A DNA stretch of 64,000 bases from Candidatus Poribacteria bacterium. GTDB taxonomy: Bacteria; Poribacteria; WGA-4E; WGA-3G. Position numbers and translations under genes: made by a program. The notes beneath the pieces are model-generated. The model was not told the DNA's origin, ran no database searches, and was given only the letters and a program-made list of their open reading frames with translations. Every line of letters starts with the position of its first letter. Position 1 is the stretch's first letter. Location of the stretch: NCBI GenBank assembly GCA_964291315.2, contig OZ219753.1, positions 608,001 to 672,000 on the forward strand, read 5' to 3'. Below, in pieces: positions 10,401 through 19,566 of the stretch.

Positions 10401-11120
10401 GCCGTGTTTTGTTTCTAATGTGTTCTGACCTCGCGTTAGCAAGATTTTGCCTTTGATGTCTCCATTCGTTAGGGTCACATTATAGTTTCCTGATGTTTCA
10501 TTTAAATAGACATCGCCTGACGTTGTTGCAATTTCTATCTGCCCTCGAATCCCGTGGAGGCGTACATTCCCCATTTTTGACTCGATCCTAACAGAGATAT
10601 CTGAAGGGCTTTTAATGATACACTTCAACCTGAGTTGTTCATGAAGTGTCATTGGTAGGTCTTCAACACTGGAAGATCGGTTCAGCGCCGCTGGGGAGCC
10701 GGCACCCTCGGGATGTTGTATTTTCAAGTGAAGTGTACTATCAGATCGAGTTCCTGTTACAGAGATATTATCGAGATAAGTCTGTAGGGTAGCATCGGGC
10801 TCAGTAGGTATTGCTGGCGCCTGTCCTTCAAAAATGACTTTAATGACCCCACCCTCAGTAGCGATAAATTCAATGTCCGCGGATATATCTAAATGCAAGT
10901 CTATTTCAAAAACGTCTTCAAAATTGAAGGTATGCACCGCCGTGGGCTCCGATGTCAATTCTTGTGCCGCGCCCCCTGATTTTTCTGCAGTTGGGTTGGA
11001 TATTTGTTCTTGAACTTCATAATTCGCTGCGCCGGCAGTTTGGATAGGCAAATTCAGCATGATCATAGTGATACAAAACAGATATGAATAGGATAAAACG
11101 ATGTAGGGTAGGAGTGGCAT
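7413..11120 (-). CDS. Large outer-membrane fusion: DUF4097-like beta-repeat + CBM9-like sugar-binding domain + POTRA domains + Omp85/BamA-type barrel
   Basis: Signal-like N-terminus; SGDV/NGDI/HGTI/DGNI repeats; PPIIDGNLSEIVW and WEDECIEILID (CBM9/DOMON-like); three POTRA starts (VDVEGN, VKIKGN, VRFVGN); loop-6 LGGNATLRGYG motif; C-terminal Phe (LRLDRIF). Confidence 0.75.
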   Translation of the reverse strand: MPLLPYIVLSYSYLFCITMIMLNLPIQTAGAANYEVQEQISNPTAEKSGGAAQELTSEPTAVHTFNFEDVFEIDLHLDISADIEFIATEGGVIKVIFEGQAPAIPTEPDATLQTYLDNISVTGTRSDSTLHLKIQHPEGAGSPAALNRSSSVEDLPMTLHEQLRLKCIIKSPSDISVRIESKMGNVRLHGIRGQIEIATTSGDVYLNETSGNYNVTLTNGDIKGKILLTRGQNTLETKHGTIDLTVLDPVAAPMDITAQDGNIILRLPEGYAIDAVLESKKQQVVVNLPVQFEDDTTLAIVNDGGPLFRLKSTDSISLLQNMLINDQASAQADTEQSLFLESAQRVPETSSPPIIDGNLSEIVWQAASPLPPLQNTDGTEAPNNLTETFLMWDAQNFYIGVKAHISNAQLPHISQTQHDSPIWEDECIEILIDTNPQTYGYYHLVVNPIRALFDQQVSKPGKACYPFAPRDVQLALNKETLQTDFEANKAWNSNAKVGTQINATFWSLEVAIPLEILEKPPQMNLKTSRSSKNITLFNIHRKIHLTVKSTEHLVSNIQREYSYWLPTYDNEHPWWPHSPHVYAAPLSEYIAPAMGALHFVKRSPSFSQTFATEVQFRVKAVDVEGNAVIPTAVVQQQIPLRSGDIITSTQLSWLLAELRDRDWFQEVRLETKQGTIDAIDNEESGTLTAIGVLIQVTEAPVIFARHVKIKGNRTFPSTFIKRWFQLDSGYLAVDTVRLKQQLIADFYVNRGYEFATVTYEFANDVLTFSINEGTLHEVRFVGNTRISRTELLSALNIKTTNADGKRGSQGPDIYHATLGQSKIDLMQKRLRAENEHFKSIQSWQVQRDGRKNILVVEIEEQPLTKTSVFPILQFNRVHGLMLGAGGTIATQFTGKEQILGSVSRGFSSKIWNYYGGIEKVFFQRRHLRLGASVYKITNISSNASLRPGNITLSAAYYGFALQDYYQRQGIQGWITYEPSEWNYLRLALTTEAHDNLSKSTDWSYLNRNQIKRGNARIDRGQLEGLSLIYAFDTRDHTSTTRQHFHTLSSANERTQHGWRGRFGMEIAGGDYAFNLYQFELIRYTPFFRPHHLHVRVAGDLSNAPLPTQQLLHLGGNATLRGYGFNRFAGDNRLLLNLEYRFIKEILPQESGAALGWTLSCFLDAGRVWWHGDSLFSDSAPLTAQFRTSVGVGCSVFIDPPEDLAPVSIALEIAEPLDASFSLQNPSIVLRLDRIF

Positions 11121-11195
11121 TCTGAGAAAATCCCTCTATAATCCGGGTGTGCATAGCAGCACACTATCGGTTTGAAAATTGTCCCACAGGTTTTC

Positions 11196-11224
11196 TTGAC
11201 ATATTTAAAATAATACTTTATACT
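11196..11224 (+). promoter_or_regulatory. Sigma70-type promoter upstream of xylA-like gene
   Basis: TTGACA-17 nt-TATACT. A second extended -10 (TGnTATAAT) lies at about 11304-11312. Confidence 0.65.
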
Positions 11225-11239
11225 TATTAGAAAAGTCAA
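11210..11239 (-). promoter_or_regulatory. Overlapping divergent promoter for the Omp85 fusion gene
   Basis: Minus strand TTGACT-18 nt-TATTAT. Confidence 0.45.
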
Positions 11240-11354
11240 GCAGTTTTTTCGTAGTTTTCCTAACGATTGAAACGTTTTTGATTGATTTGAGAATATGACT
11301 ATCGTGATATAATGAAGAAGCCGATCCGAAAACACTGCGGGCAGGAGAAGCAAG

Positions 11355-12407
11355 ATGAGTGAATCTTTCAAAAAGGCAACAGAATACTGTTTCTCTTTTG
11401 GACCATGGAATATACACGAGGGAGCAGATCCTTTTGGGCCGCCTGTTCGGGAATCGTTCAATTTTGACCAGAAAGTTGGTTTTTATCGGGATCTCGGTTT
11501 TGTTGGGATTCAATTTCATGATGATGACATTGTGCCCGATATTGATGAGAAGTCCCATGCACAGTTAATAGCACAAACGAAAAAGGTTAAGACACAACTT
11601 GGTAACCATGGATTGATAGCAGAGGTGGTAGCGCCGCGTCTGTGGGAATCTCCGAAGACCATTGACGGTGCTTATACATCGAATTTGCCTGAGGAACGGC
11701 GATACGCCCTCGAACGCTCAAAACGATGTGTAGATATTGCTAATGAAATCGGTTGCAAAAACTTCGTTCTGTGGCTTGCGCGCGAAGGCACTTATATTCG
11801 AGAAACTAAATCATCGACAGATGCAGTAGGGCAAATCCTTGATGCTATTAATGCGCTCCTCGAATATGATCCAGAAATCCGAATCCTAATTGAGCCGAAA
11901 CCGAATGAACCGATGGACATCGCCTACATTCCAACGATTGGGCACGCTATCGGTCTAGCATACGCGAGCGATGCCCCGGAGCGTGTCGGCGGGTTAATTG
12001 AAAGTGCACACGCTATTCTTGCGGGGTTAGAGCCGTCTGACGAAATGGGGTACGCACTCCACCACAAAAGACTCTGGAGTGTACATCTCAACGACCAGAA
12101 CGGGCTAAAATTCGACCAAGATAAAGCGTTTGGCTCAGTTAATTTGCGCCGGGCGTTCAATCAGGTCCGAGTCCTTGAAGAAAACGGATACGGCAACAAT
12201 GGTGAATTCATCGGGTTAGATGTGAAAGTGATGCGAACACAACCGCGTGATATTTCAACAAAACACCTCCTGAGTAGCCGCCGAACCTTCCTTAACTTAC
12301 TTGAAAAGGTGCGAACATTTGACAAAAATGTCGAACAAGAATTTATCGATGCCCGAGATTATGAAGGCTTAGATTTCTATATTCTTGGACACCTTCTCGG
12401 GACGTAA
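11355..12407 (+). CDS. xylA: Xylose isomerase (class I-like TIM barrel)
   Basis: FGPWN..GADPFG, FHDDD, W..REG, IEPKPNEP, ESAH, HLNDQ..KFDQD metal-binding motifs. Confidence 0.8.
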   Translation: MSESFKKATEYCFSFGPWNIHEGADPFGPPVRESFNFDQKVGFYRDLGFVGIQFHDDDIVPDIDEKSHAQLIAQTKKVKTQLGNHGLIAEVVAPRLWESPKTIDGAYTSNLPEERRYALERSKRCVDIANEIGCKNFVLWLAREGTYIRETKSSTDAVGQILDAINALLEYDPEIRILIEPKPNEPMDIAYIPTIGHAIGLAYASDAPERVGGLIESAHAILAGLEPSDEMGYALHHKRLWSVHLNDQNGLKFDQDKAFGSVNLRRAFNQVRVLEENGYGNNGEFIGLDVKVMRTQPRDISTKHLLSSRRTFLNLLEKVRTFDKNVEQEFIDARDYEGLDFYILGHLLGT

Positions 12408-12488
12408 GTTTGTTGAGCGAGTCTGAATTGTTCATGTGAGAACACTCATTTAATATAAAAATAAAGGTGTCAGAGGACAAAAACAGAA

Positions 12489-13139
12489 ATGAGAATGGAT
12501 AAAAGCCTTCTACATGAGGCGGACGGGCCTTGTTATCAAGCAGTGCTACTTGTTGGGCCCCCGGGCGTTGGTAAGGGAACACAAGGGAAAATGCTGGCAC
12601 AAATCCCAGGTATTTTTCATATCTCTAGTGGGGACATGTTTCGCGCGCTTGACAGTAATTCAAAATTTGGACGAATTTTCCAAGAATATGCAGCCGTTGG
12701 TAAGTTAGTTCCAGATGAGGTCACAATCAAGATCTGGAAAGACTACATGGCAACGAAAGTCCGGGAGACGGTATACAAGCCAAAAACGGACTTGCTGATT
12801 CTTGATGGTATCCCACGTAACATCACTCAAGCAAATCTAATCGCCCCTTTTGTAAATCTTTTCAGAGTTATTTACATGGTCTGTGAAAATCGGGAAGTGA
12901 TGTTCAAACGGATCCGGGGCCGCTCACTGAAAGAGCATCGCATTGACGATGCCGAAGAATTGGTGGTCCGCTACCGGTGGGATGTTTACAAGCGGGAAAC
13001 CGAACCTTTGATAAACTACTATCCACAGGAACGGATCCGGATTGTAGACGCAAATACGATCGCGTCTGATGTGCTTCACCAAATTTTATCAACAATCGTA
13101 CCCATTCAAAAAAAGTATTTCGAACCACCCCTGATGTAA
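12489..13139 (+). CDS. adk: Adenylate kinase family (short-LID type)
   Basis: GPPGVGKGTQ, HISSGDMFR, GKLVPDE, LDGIPR, R.DD. Confidence 0.85.
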   Translation: MRMDKSLLHEADGPCYQAVLLVGPPGVGKGTQGKMLAQIPGIFHISSGDMFRALDSNSKFGRIFQEYAAVGKLVPDEVTIKIWKDYMATKVRETVYKPKTDLLILDGIPRNITQANLIAPFVNLFRVIYMVCENREVMFKRIRGRSLKEHRIDDAEELVVRYRWDVYKRETEPLINYYPQERIRIVDANTIASDVLHQILSTIVPIQKKYFEPPLM

Positions 13140-13199
13140 CAACAACTTCCAGAAGATACGAGACGCGGCTTGTATAAACCTCATGTTTTATAGGGCTGA

Positions 13200-14936
13200 T
13201 CAGTTGTAGCGGCGATAAATCCGGATTTCGGGATGTGAGAGGGCACGCATCGGAAATGGGGCTCCACTATCAGATATCTGAATGCCCCAAAATTGCGGTT
13301 TACATTGGAATGTCTTGTGCAATACATACGGACTTCCCTCCGCCAAAATCCGCTCATAAAACGCCGACGTTTCTTCTACTTCCACTTCATTGAGAGGGTA
13401 CCAGTCTTGTTTTTGATAATGCTCCGGATATGTCTGATATTTTTGGAATACCTCCAGGTCCGGCACGAGAACAAGTACCCATTCTGCTTCTTCTTCTGCC
13501 ACCTCTAAAGCTATTTCGGGAAGGAGCCAGTCAAATAAAACTTCTGGTGCTCTGGAGATAATTTCTTCTTCTGGAATGTGTTCTGCTATCCACTCAGATG
13601 CAGCAATTACGGTGGGTTGTTTCGTTAAGACAAGCGCGAAAGCGACCGTATAGATCGATGTCCAAAGTACTACAACACTCCCAATAACTCCGCCGATCCA
13701 TTTTCCAAATAGGCAGGCCAGGGCTTTCGATGTTTTGCTGAGGCACTTCTCGACAAAGAAGAAGCGTTTTTGCAAAATGCCAGTCACTAAAGGTTGACCA
13801 CTGAAGGATTTTCCAAATAGATACGTGAAAAGTGCCCCTATGGCGTAAGGGAAACGAGCAAGGGCCGCCGCGGCAAGCACCATGAGCGCTGGATAGAGTA
13901 TGAGTAGATGGCGTGCGAACTTAACCTTATGTGCCCCGATAAATAGTAGATAAAAGATAACAAAGGCAAGTAAAGTGACTTCGAGTGTTAGAAACTTGCC
14001 AGTTCTCGGTGTCAGCGAAAGGACACTTCGTAAAATACCGAAACCGGCAAGAAGTGCAAGAGGCATCCCCATACCCCACTTCAGGAGGGGCCATAAGTAG
14101 ATAAACCGATCCAACCAACCCGCCTCCGCAGTTGTAATGAGACCGAAGTGCCCCCGGTGATAGTGAGTAGCTTCATACCAGAAATCGTCAAAGAAAAGAT
14201 TCCATTCGGGTGAAATCAGATCGATGAGCCAATACGGACAAAGAACTGTGAAGGTTAGGACAGAAACACAAATGACAGTCGAGATCCCCCTATAAAATTT
14301 GTTGCTATCGATGAAACATAATAAGGAAAATCCGACGAAAACAGTTGTAAATTTGACAGCAAGGCCCAACCCCATAATTCCTCCAAGCCAGACTGCAGTT
14401 TGAAACGTAAGCGTATCTGAAGAAGAACGTGAACGGACTACAACCAAAAGAAAAAGCACCACGGAGAAGGTCGCTGGGATGTCAACAAGCGCGAAGCGCG
14501 ATTCGTTGGTAGCGTGTAACATTGCGATGGCGAGGAGTCCTGCTGCTATTTGTCCAACACGTCTGTTGTAACACCGCAGCCCAATGCAATAGGTAAACCA
14601 AAGGGTTGCTGTAGAGAGTAGAGTATTGATGCATCGCGCCAATAAAATTACATGTGTTTCCGTTAGATATAAGCCTCCAAGTGACAGCAATTTACCTATC
14701 GCAGCAATTAAGTAAAACCATGCTGTTCCGGGCCAGTTATATGTATCAGGGACTGCGGTAAGGTGAATGAGGTTCAGGACATCGTGGGCAATGATTATTT
14801 CACGTGGGTCTGGGGAATCAGGCAAACCGACGTTTATACCGATAAGACGGATAACGAGACCAATAATAAGGATGGCGAAAATAATATAGTTACCGGGGAA
14901 ATTGAAACTAGTTTTGAGTGCTCGAAGTAATCTCAT
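13200..14936 (-). CDS. GT-C/ArnT-PMT (GT39-like) membrane glycosyltransferase
   Basis: Multi-TM; GLPDSPDPRE, YNWPG, ESRFALVD, LAVKF, ARHLLILYP. Confidence 0.8.
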   Translation of the reverse strand: MRLLRALKTSFNFPGNYIIFAILIIGLVIRLIGINVGLPDSPDPREIIIAHDVLNLIHLTAVPDTYNWPGTAWFYLIAAIGKLLSLGGLYLTETHVILLARCINTLLSTATLWFTYCIGLRCYNRRVGQIAAGLLAIAMLHATNESRFALVDIPATFSVVLFLLVVVRSRSSSDTLTFQTAVWLGGIMGLGLAVKFTTVFVGFSLLCFIDSNKFYRGISTVICVSVLTFTVLCPYWLIDLISPEWNLFFDDFWYEATHYHRGHFGLITTAEAGWLDRFIYLWPLLKWGMGMPLALLAGFGILRSVLSLTPRTGKFLTLEVTLLAFVIFYLLFIGAHKVKFARHLLILYPALMVLAAAALARFPYAIGALFTYLFGKSFSGQPLVTGILQKRFFFVEKCLSKTSKALACLFGKWIGGVIGSVVVLWTSIYTVAFALVLTKQPTVIAASEWIAEHIPEEEIISRAPEVLFDWLLPEIALEVAEEEAEWVLVLVPDLEVFQKYQTYPEHYQKQDWYPLNEVEVEETSAFYERILAEGSPYVLHKTFQCKPQFWGIQISDSGAPFPMRALSHPEIRIYRRYN

Positions 14937-15087
14937 TTTTTGAGATGCCTTGTCAAAAACACGTCGCCAACGCTGTTTATGGCATTCATACCTGATAAGC
15001 TCGGATACGATAGCTGTCAGGAAATCAGAGCGTCAGTAAATTTTCCAAATCGCGCTGAATCGTTATGAGCTGATCTTCCATTTACCT

Positions 15088-15684
15088 TTAAGATGAAACT
15101 TTTGTCCAGAGATTATCAGGGAGCATGCTTCGGAGGTTTTCGATCTGTGCGGACATCAACGGGAGTTTTAGTTTCTCAAAAACGTTTTGCCACCGTTCTC
15201 TATGTACTTCCTCCACATAAACGGGTATGAATCCTAAATTTAGATAGGTTTTAATAGCCGGGATACGAAAAACGTCGGTGTCCAGCATAGCACATTTGAA
15301 TCCATGGTCCCGGAGATAGTAGAGGACAGCGAGTGAAACCCATTTTCCGAGTTTATGTCCAGTATGTTCGGCGAGGACACCAACCATATGGACGTACCCA
15401 ATCTCCTTTTCATCAGTAGATTGCCTCCACGCGCAAGCAGTGCCGACCGGGATACCGCTATGCGTTGCGAAGTAGAAACCCTCGGGAAGAAACGCCGTTC
15501 TGCTGGTAACCTGTTCCCGCGTATCTTCTGCAGTGCGTTCCTTACCACCAAACGAATCACTAATGATGCGTGCCCAATGCATTTCATCCCCTTCAAGGTA
15601 AGTGCGCAGACTGTAGCCTGCTGGAAGTTCGAGTTCAGGTAAATGTTTTAAATCAGGGCGTACCATTCTGAGTTGTCGTGACAT
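15088..15684 (-). CDS. GNAT family N-acetyltransferase
   Basis: GYVHMVGVLAEHTGHKLGK (motif A), AIKTYLNLGF (motif B). Confidence 0.88.
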   Translation of the reverse strand: MSRQLRMVRPDLKHLPELELPAGYSLRTYLEGDEMHWARIISDSFGGKERTAEDTREQVTSRTAFLPEGFYFATHSGIPVGTACAWRQSTDEKEIGYVHMVGVLAEHTGHKLGKWVSLAVLYYLRDHGFKCAMLDTDVFRIPAIKTYLNLGFIPVYVEEVHRERWQNVFEKLKLPLMSAQIENLRSMLPDNLWTKVSS

Positions 15685-15930
15685 TTGCTGCTCCTCTTCT
15701 CTCAGGATTCCTGCGTTTGCGATAGGCTCGCCAGTTATGCCATAATTGTATCATACCTTAAGAATTCTTGCAAAAACCTTTACAATATTTCTCAAAAGTG
15801 CTATTATAATAAAAATTTTTTATATAAAGCAATATCTCTGTCAACCATTTGAGGGGCGTTGGATAAATATGGATCCAATCTGGATTGGAGCTCTACTATA
15901 GCGTGTTGCTTAGCCTAGAGAGTAAGAAGC

Positions 15931-16023
15931 TACTATCCGTAATCGTTCAATCCACAGATGGGAATACCGTATCAGTTAGCGGAGGCTGCGAATGTCCACA
16001 TTTCTAACTACAGCAGTGAATGG
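15931..16023 (+). pseudogene. Relic of a FlgD-Ig/T9SS-like C-terminal domain gene
   Basis: Translates YYP*SFNPQMGIPYQLAEAANVHISNYSS, resembling NYPNPFNPETWIPYQLA.....I.IY with an internal stop. It accounts for the spurious N-terminal extension of the aroK ORF. Confidence 0.7.
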
Positions 16024-16074
16024 TCCATTAGTATTGACAAAGAAACATTCACTCACAGTAAAGGCGGGAAACAG

Positions 16075-16620
16075 GTGAAACGATCGTTCGTAAGAAAGCC
16101 TAACATTGTGCTTGTCGGTTTTATGGGAACCGGGAAGACCACTGTTGGCAGACAGCTTGCCTCACAGTTATGGATGTGCTACATAGATACAGACGACATC
16201 ATTGAGCGGGATAGCGGATGTTGCATCAGCAACATCTTTGAGGAAAATGGTGAACCAGCTTTCCGAGATATTGAAAGTGAAGCGGTTCGCAAAACGTCAA
16301 GGCTGTATAATCATGTTATCTCTACAGGTGGCGGTGTCGTCTTGAGAGAAAACAACATAGCAACGCTAAAACACAATGGAATTGTTTTCTGTCTAACGGC
16401 AACACCAGAAGAGATATATCGGCGGGTTCGACATCAGATGCATCGTCCGCTGCTCCAAACGCCCGATGCACTCGCCAAAATTCGGATGATGTTGGCAGAA
16501 CGACAGCGATACTATGCAGAAGCTGATTATAGGGTAGAGACGACGGGGCGTTCGTTTGGAGAAATCACCGGATACATAAGACAAGTCTATGCGAAAAAGA
16601 GTAGGTGGGGAAAACGGTGA
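16075..16620 (+). CDS. aroK: Shikimate kinase
   Basis: LVGFMGTGKTTVG, GEPAFRDIE, STGGGVV, RPLL. Probable GTG start at 16075. Confidence 0.95.
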   Translation: MKRSFVRKPNIVLVGFMGTGKTTVGRQLASQLWMCYIDTDDIIERDSGCCISNIFEENGEPAFRDIESEAVRKTSRLYNHVISTGGGVVLRENNIATLKHNGIVFCLTATPEEIYRRVRHQMHRPLLQTPDALAKIRMMLAERQRYYAEADYRVETTGRSFGEITGYIRQVYAKKSRWGKR

Positions 16621-17702
16621 AAACTTTACGTGTGGAACTCGAGGATAATAGTTATCCGATCATTGTCGGAGCAGATTTCCTCGAACGAGTCGGCGAGCTG
16701 CTGTTGCCCTATATCAAGTCGCATAAGGTGTTTATTGCTTCGGACACCTACGTTCAAAGGCATTATGCACCTATCGTTCAGCGGAGCCTTGAAGCTACTG
16801 GACTTGATGTTTGCACGATTGAAGTGCCCGCTGGAGAAGAGAGCAAATCGTTGGAGCAGTTTTCGCATATATTGGACAGTTTGGTAGATCATCAATTCGA
16901 CCGAGCTTCAACTCTAATTGCCCTCGGGGGCGGTGTCATCGGGGATTTAGCGGGGTTTGCAGCGGCGGTGTACATGCGCGGTATACCTTATATTCAGATT
17001 CCGACCACACTACAAGCACAGGTTGATGCCAGCGTCGGTGGCAAGACAGCAATTAATCATTCAAAAGGCAAAAATCTTATTGGGGCATTCCACCAACCGA
17101 AGTTGGTGCTTATTGATGTGCGGACGCTCGAAAGTCTACCGCAGCGGGACATCCGAGCGGGGCTTATTGAAGTTATTAAAATGGGCGTTATCCGAGACGA
17201 ACCCTTATTTGAGAAGATCGAGGAAAATCTTGATGCCATCTTGAATCTGGAGAGTGCTATACTCAGTGAGATGATTGCCTGCGCGTGCATTAACAAGGCG
17301 GAGATCGTCGCGAAAGATGAGAAAGAGAGTGGGGTGCGGATGGTGCTCAACTATGGTCATACCTTTGGCCACGCGCTTGAAGCACTGACACATTACAACA
17401 GATATCGGCACGGTGAAGCGATCTCTATCGGTATGAACTGCGCGGCACAATTAGCTGTTCATTTGGGGATGTTCTCTGATACCGATTTTCAGCGGCAACA
17501 AGCCCTTCTGAAACGGGCGAACTTGCCAATTGCTTTCCCGCTGGATATCGCTTCTGAGGTACTGTGTAAGGCTCTGTATTTGGACAAGAAAACATTAGGC
17601 GGCAAACTCCGTCTCGTTTTACCAACCCGTATTGGAGAAGTTGTTATACGAAATGATGTTGATGATCAGGACATTATGGAAGCGGTTTCACAATGTTTCT
17701 GA
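16605..17702 (+). CDS. aroB: 3-dehydroquinate synthase
   Basis: GEESKS, GGGVIGDLAGF, PTTL.AQVDASVGGKT, LNYGHTFGHA, HGEA. An alternative start is 16617 (GTGA overlap with aroK). Confidence 0.96.
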   Translation: MGKTVKTLRVELEDNSYPIIVGADFLERVGELLLPYIKSHKVFIASDTYVQRHYAPIVQRSLEATGLDVCTIEVPAGEESKSLEQFSHILDSLVDHQFDRASTLIALGGGVIGDLAGFAAAVYMRGIPYIQIPTTLQAQVDASVGGKTAINHSKGKNLIGAFHQPKLVLIDVRTLESLPQRDIRAGLIEVIKMGVIRDEPLFEKIEENLDAILNLESAILSEMIACACINKAEIVAKDEKESGVRMVLNYGHTFGHALEALTHYNRYRHGEAISIGMNCAAQLAVHLGMFSDTDFQRQQALLKRANLPIAFPLDIASEVLCKALYLDKKTLGGKLRLVLPTRIGEVVIRNDVDDQDIMEAVSQCF

Positions 17703-17758
17703 GCGGCTGCTAGACATTATGAGTTGCCGGCTATCAGATAAACAAGGAAACATAATTT

Positions 17759-18904
17759 ATGAAAAAAAAGATTCAGTCCTTAGTTTTCTGCTGGGTTTTG
17801 TGTCTAAGCGTTAGCATAGGGTTTAGCCAGGTGCTTACGTCTCCTTCAAACGTGACAGCAGTGGATACTCCGAACGATGATGGAAGCAGTATCACTATTA
17901 AGTGGGATGCAGCCCCGGAGGATAGCAGTATCAGCGAATACCAAATTCTGCGCCGGGTTGCGGGAGGCGGTCTCGAAGAGGTTGGGGAGCTGTTGCCTTT
18001 TGAGACAACAACTTATGTTGATTCCACGATCGAGAAAGGAAGGGCGTATGCCTATATTGTGCGAGCAATTAGCGAAACAGAAGCAACAGTAGAATCCGAA
18101 GAGACTGCACCTGTGAAAGGGTCAGGTGAGTGGTTTCACACGGGTAAAATTCCGCTGTTCATTGCGATGTTGGCCTTTTCGGTTGCGATTGTTGTGAGTA
18201 TTTATCAGGCGCGCAGTGGCGCAGATGTTTTCATTCGACGAATTCCAGGGCTGGAAGCCGTAAATGAAGCCATTGGCCGCGCTACGGAAATGGGACGCTC
18301 AATTCTCTATATCCTTGGGCTCGGTGGCGTGAGTGAGGCGGCTACGATCGCGAGTATGAACATTTTAGGACAGGTCGCTCGTCGAACTGCAGATTATGAA
18401 ACTCCTTTGCATGTGCCCTGCCGGGATCCGATTGTGATGAATGTTGTGCGCGAGATGGTAAAAACGGCATATCTCAACGAAGGGCGTCCGGATTCTTATA
18501 ACGAAGACAATATTTTCTTCCTCACTGATAGCCAGTTTGCTTATGCCGCGGGTGTGGACGGCATAATGTTACGCGAGAAACCAGCAGCGATATTTCTACA
18601 AGGGACTTTTTATGCCGAATCACTTATCCTCGCGGAAACTGGGAATTCTATTGGTGCAATCCAGATTGCGGGGACAGATTCCGAGCATCAACTCCCGTTC
18701 TTGATCACAGCGTGTGATTATACTCTGATTGGGGAAGAACTCTATACTGCAAGCGCTTATCTTTCTAGAGAACCCATGCTTCTCGGCAGTATAAGAGGGC
18801 AAGATTGGGGGAAAGCGATTATTTTCGCTGTCATTGTTTCAGGTGTGTTTCTTGAATTAGCGGGTTTTAACTGGATCACAACACTTCTACAGCGGGTAAG
18901 TTAG
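17759..18904 (+). CDS. Fibronectin type III + DUF6754-like membrane protein (subunit A of uncharacterised four-gene module)
   Basis: Signal peptide; FN3 (PSNVTA..ITIKW..EYQILR..YVD..Y.Y.VRA); TM; IRRIPGLEAVNEAIGRATEMG, FYAESLILAE and DYTLIGEELYTASAYLS (DUF6754, from recall); C-terminal TM. Confidence 0.8.
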   Translation: MKKKIQSLVFCWVLCLSVSIGFSQVLTSPSNVTAVDTPNDDGSSITIKWDAAPEDSSISEYQILRRVAGGGLEEVGELLPFETTTYVDSTIEKGRAYAYIVRAISETEATVESEETAPVKGSGEWFHTGKIPLFIAMLAFSVAIVVSIYQARSGADVFIRRIPGLEAVNEAIGRATEMGRSILYILGLGGVSEAATIASMNILGQVARRTADYETPLHVPCRDPIVMNVVREMVKTAYLNEGRPDSYNEDNIFFLTDSQFAYAAGVDGIMLREKPAAIFLQGTFYAESLILAETGNSIGAIQIAGTDSEHQLPFLITACDYTLIGEELYTASAYLSREPMLLGSIRGQDWGKAIIFAVIVSGVFLELAGFNWITTLLQRVS

Positions 18905-18912
18905 GAGGTCTT

Positions 18913-19563
18913 ATGCGCCGACAAGTTCCTTTAATTTTTTGTTTCGTTTTTGGGATTACGATGATCTTCACACACTTCATACCACATTCGGCCGCTCAAA
19001 ACCTTTACCGAGAAGTCACTGAGTGGGCATTGATTATCACTTCTTTCGCACTTATCTTAAGTTCACTCACACTCATCCGAACACACCTCACGCGGATTCA
19101 CCGTCGCGTAGAACATTGGCAATATAGTATTTTTATATTTGTCGGGATTCTGGCGATGGTGGTGATAGGTATCCCCTTTGGACCGCAAAATCCTATCTTT
19201 GAGTGGTTATTCAACAACATTCAAGTTCCTATGGAAGCGACGATGTTCTCACTCCTCGCTTTCTTCGTTGCCTCAGCGGCATACCGTGCTTTTCGAGCGA
19301 GAACGATTGAGGCGAGTTTGCTGTTGATCACGGCTCTCATTGTAATGCTGGGTAACGTTCCAGTAGGGGACCTAATTTGGAACTCACTGTTCTCTTGGTT
19401 GCCCTGGGATAATGGTGCCTCAATCATGCAACAGTGGATTTTGGATAACCCGAATCTATCCGCAAGACGTGGAATTATCCTTGGTATCAGCTTAGGGGTT
19501 ATCTCACAATCCATCCGGATCATCTTGGGAATTGAACGCTCGTATCTTGGTGGAGGAGACTAG
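18913..19563 (+). CDS. Conserved hypothetical polytopic membrane protein (subunit B)
   Basis: About 6 hydrophobic segments; ATMFSLLAFFVASAAYRAFRAR, RGIILG, IRIILGIERSYLGG; AGGAGG RBS, 8-nt gap. Confidence 0.85.
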   Translation: MRRQVPLIFCFVFGITMIFTHFIPHSAAQNLYREVTEWALIITSFALILSSLTLIRTHLTRIHRRVEHWQYSIFIFVGILAMVVIGIPFGPQNPIFEWLFNNIQVPMEATMFSLLAFFVASAAYRAFRARTIEASLLLITALIVMLGNVPVGDLIWNSLFSWLPWDNGASIMQQWILDNPNLSARRGIILGISLGVISQSIRIILGIERSYLGGGD

Positions 19564-19566
19564 CGA

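Noticed and set aside
15958-16074. N-terminal extension of aroK in the ORF track
   Set aside because: It is an in-frame relic of a FlgD/T9SS-like domain preceded by a stop, not a true fusion. aroK most likely starts at GTG 16075.
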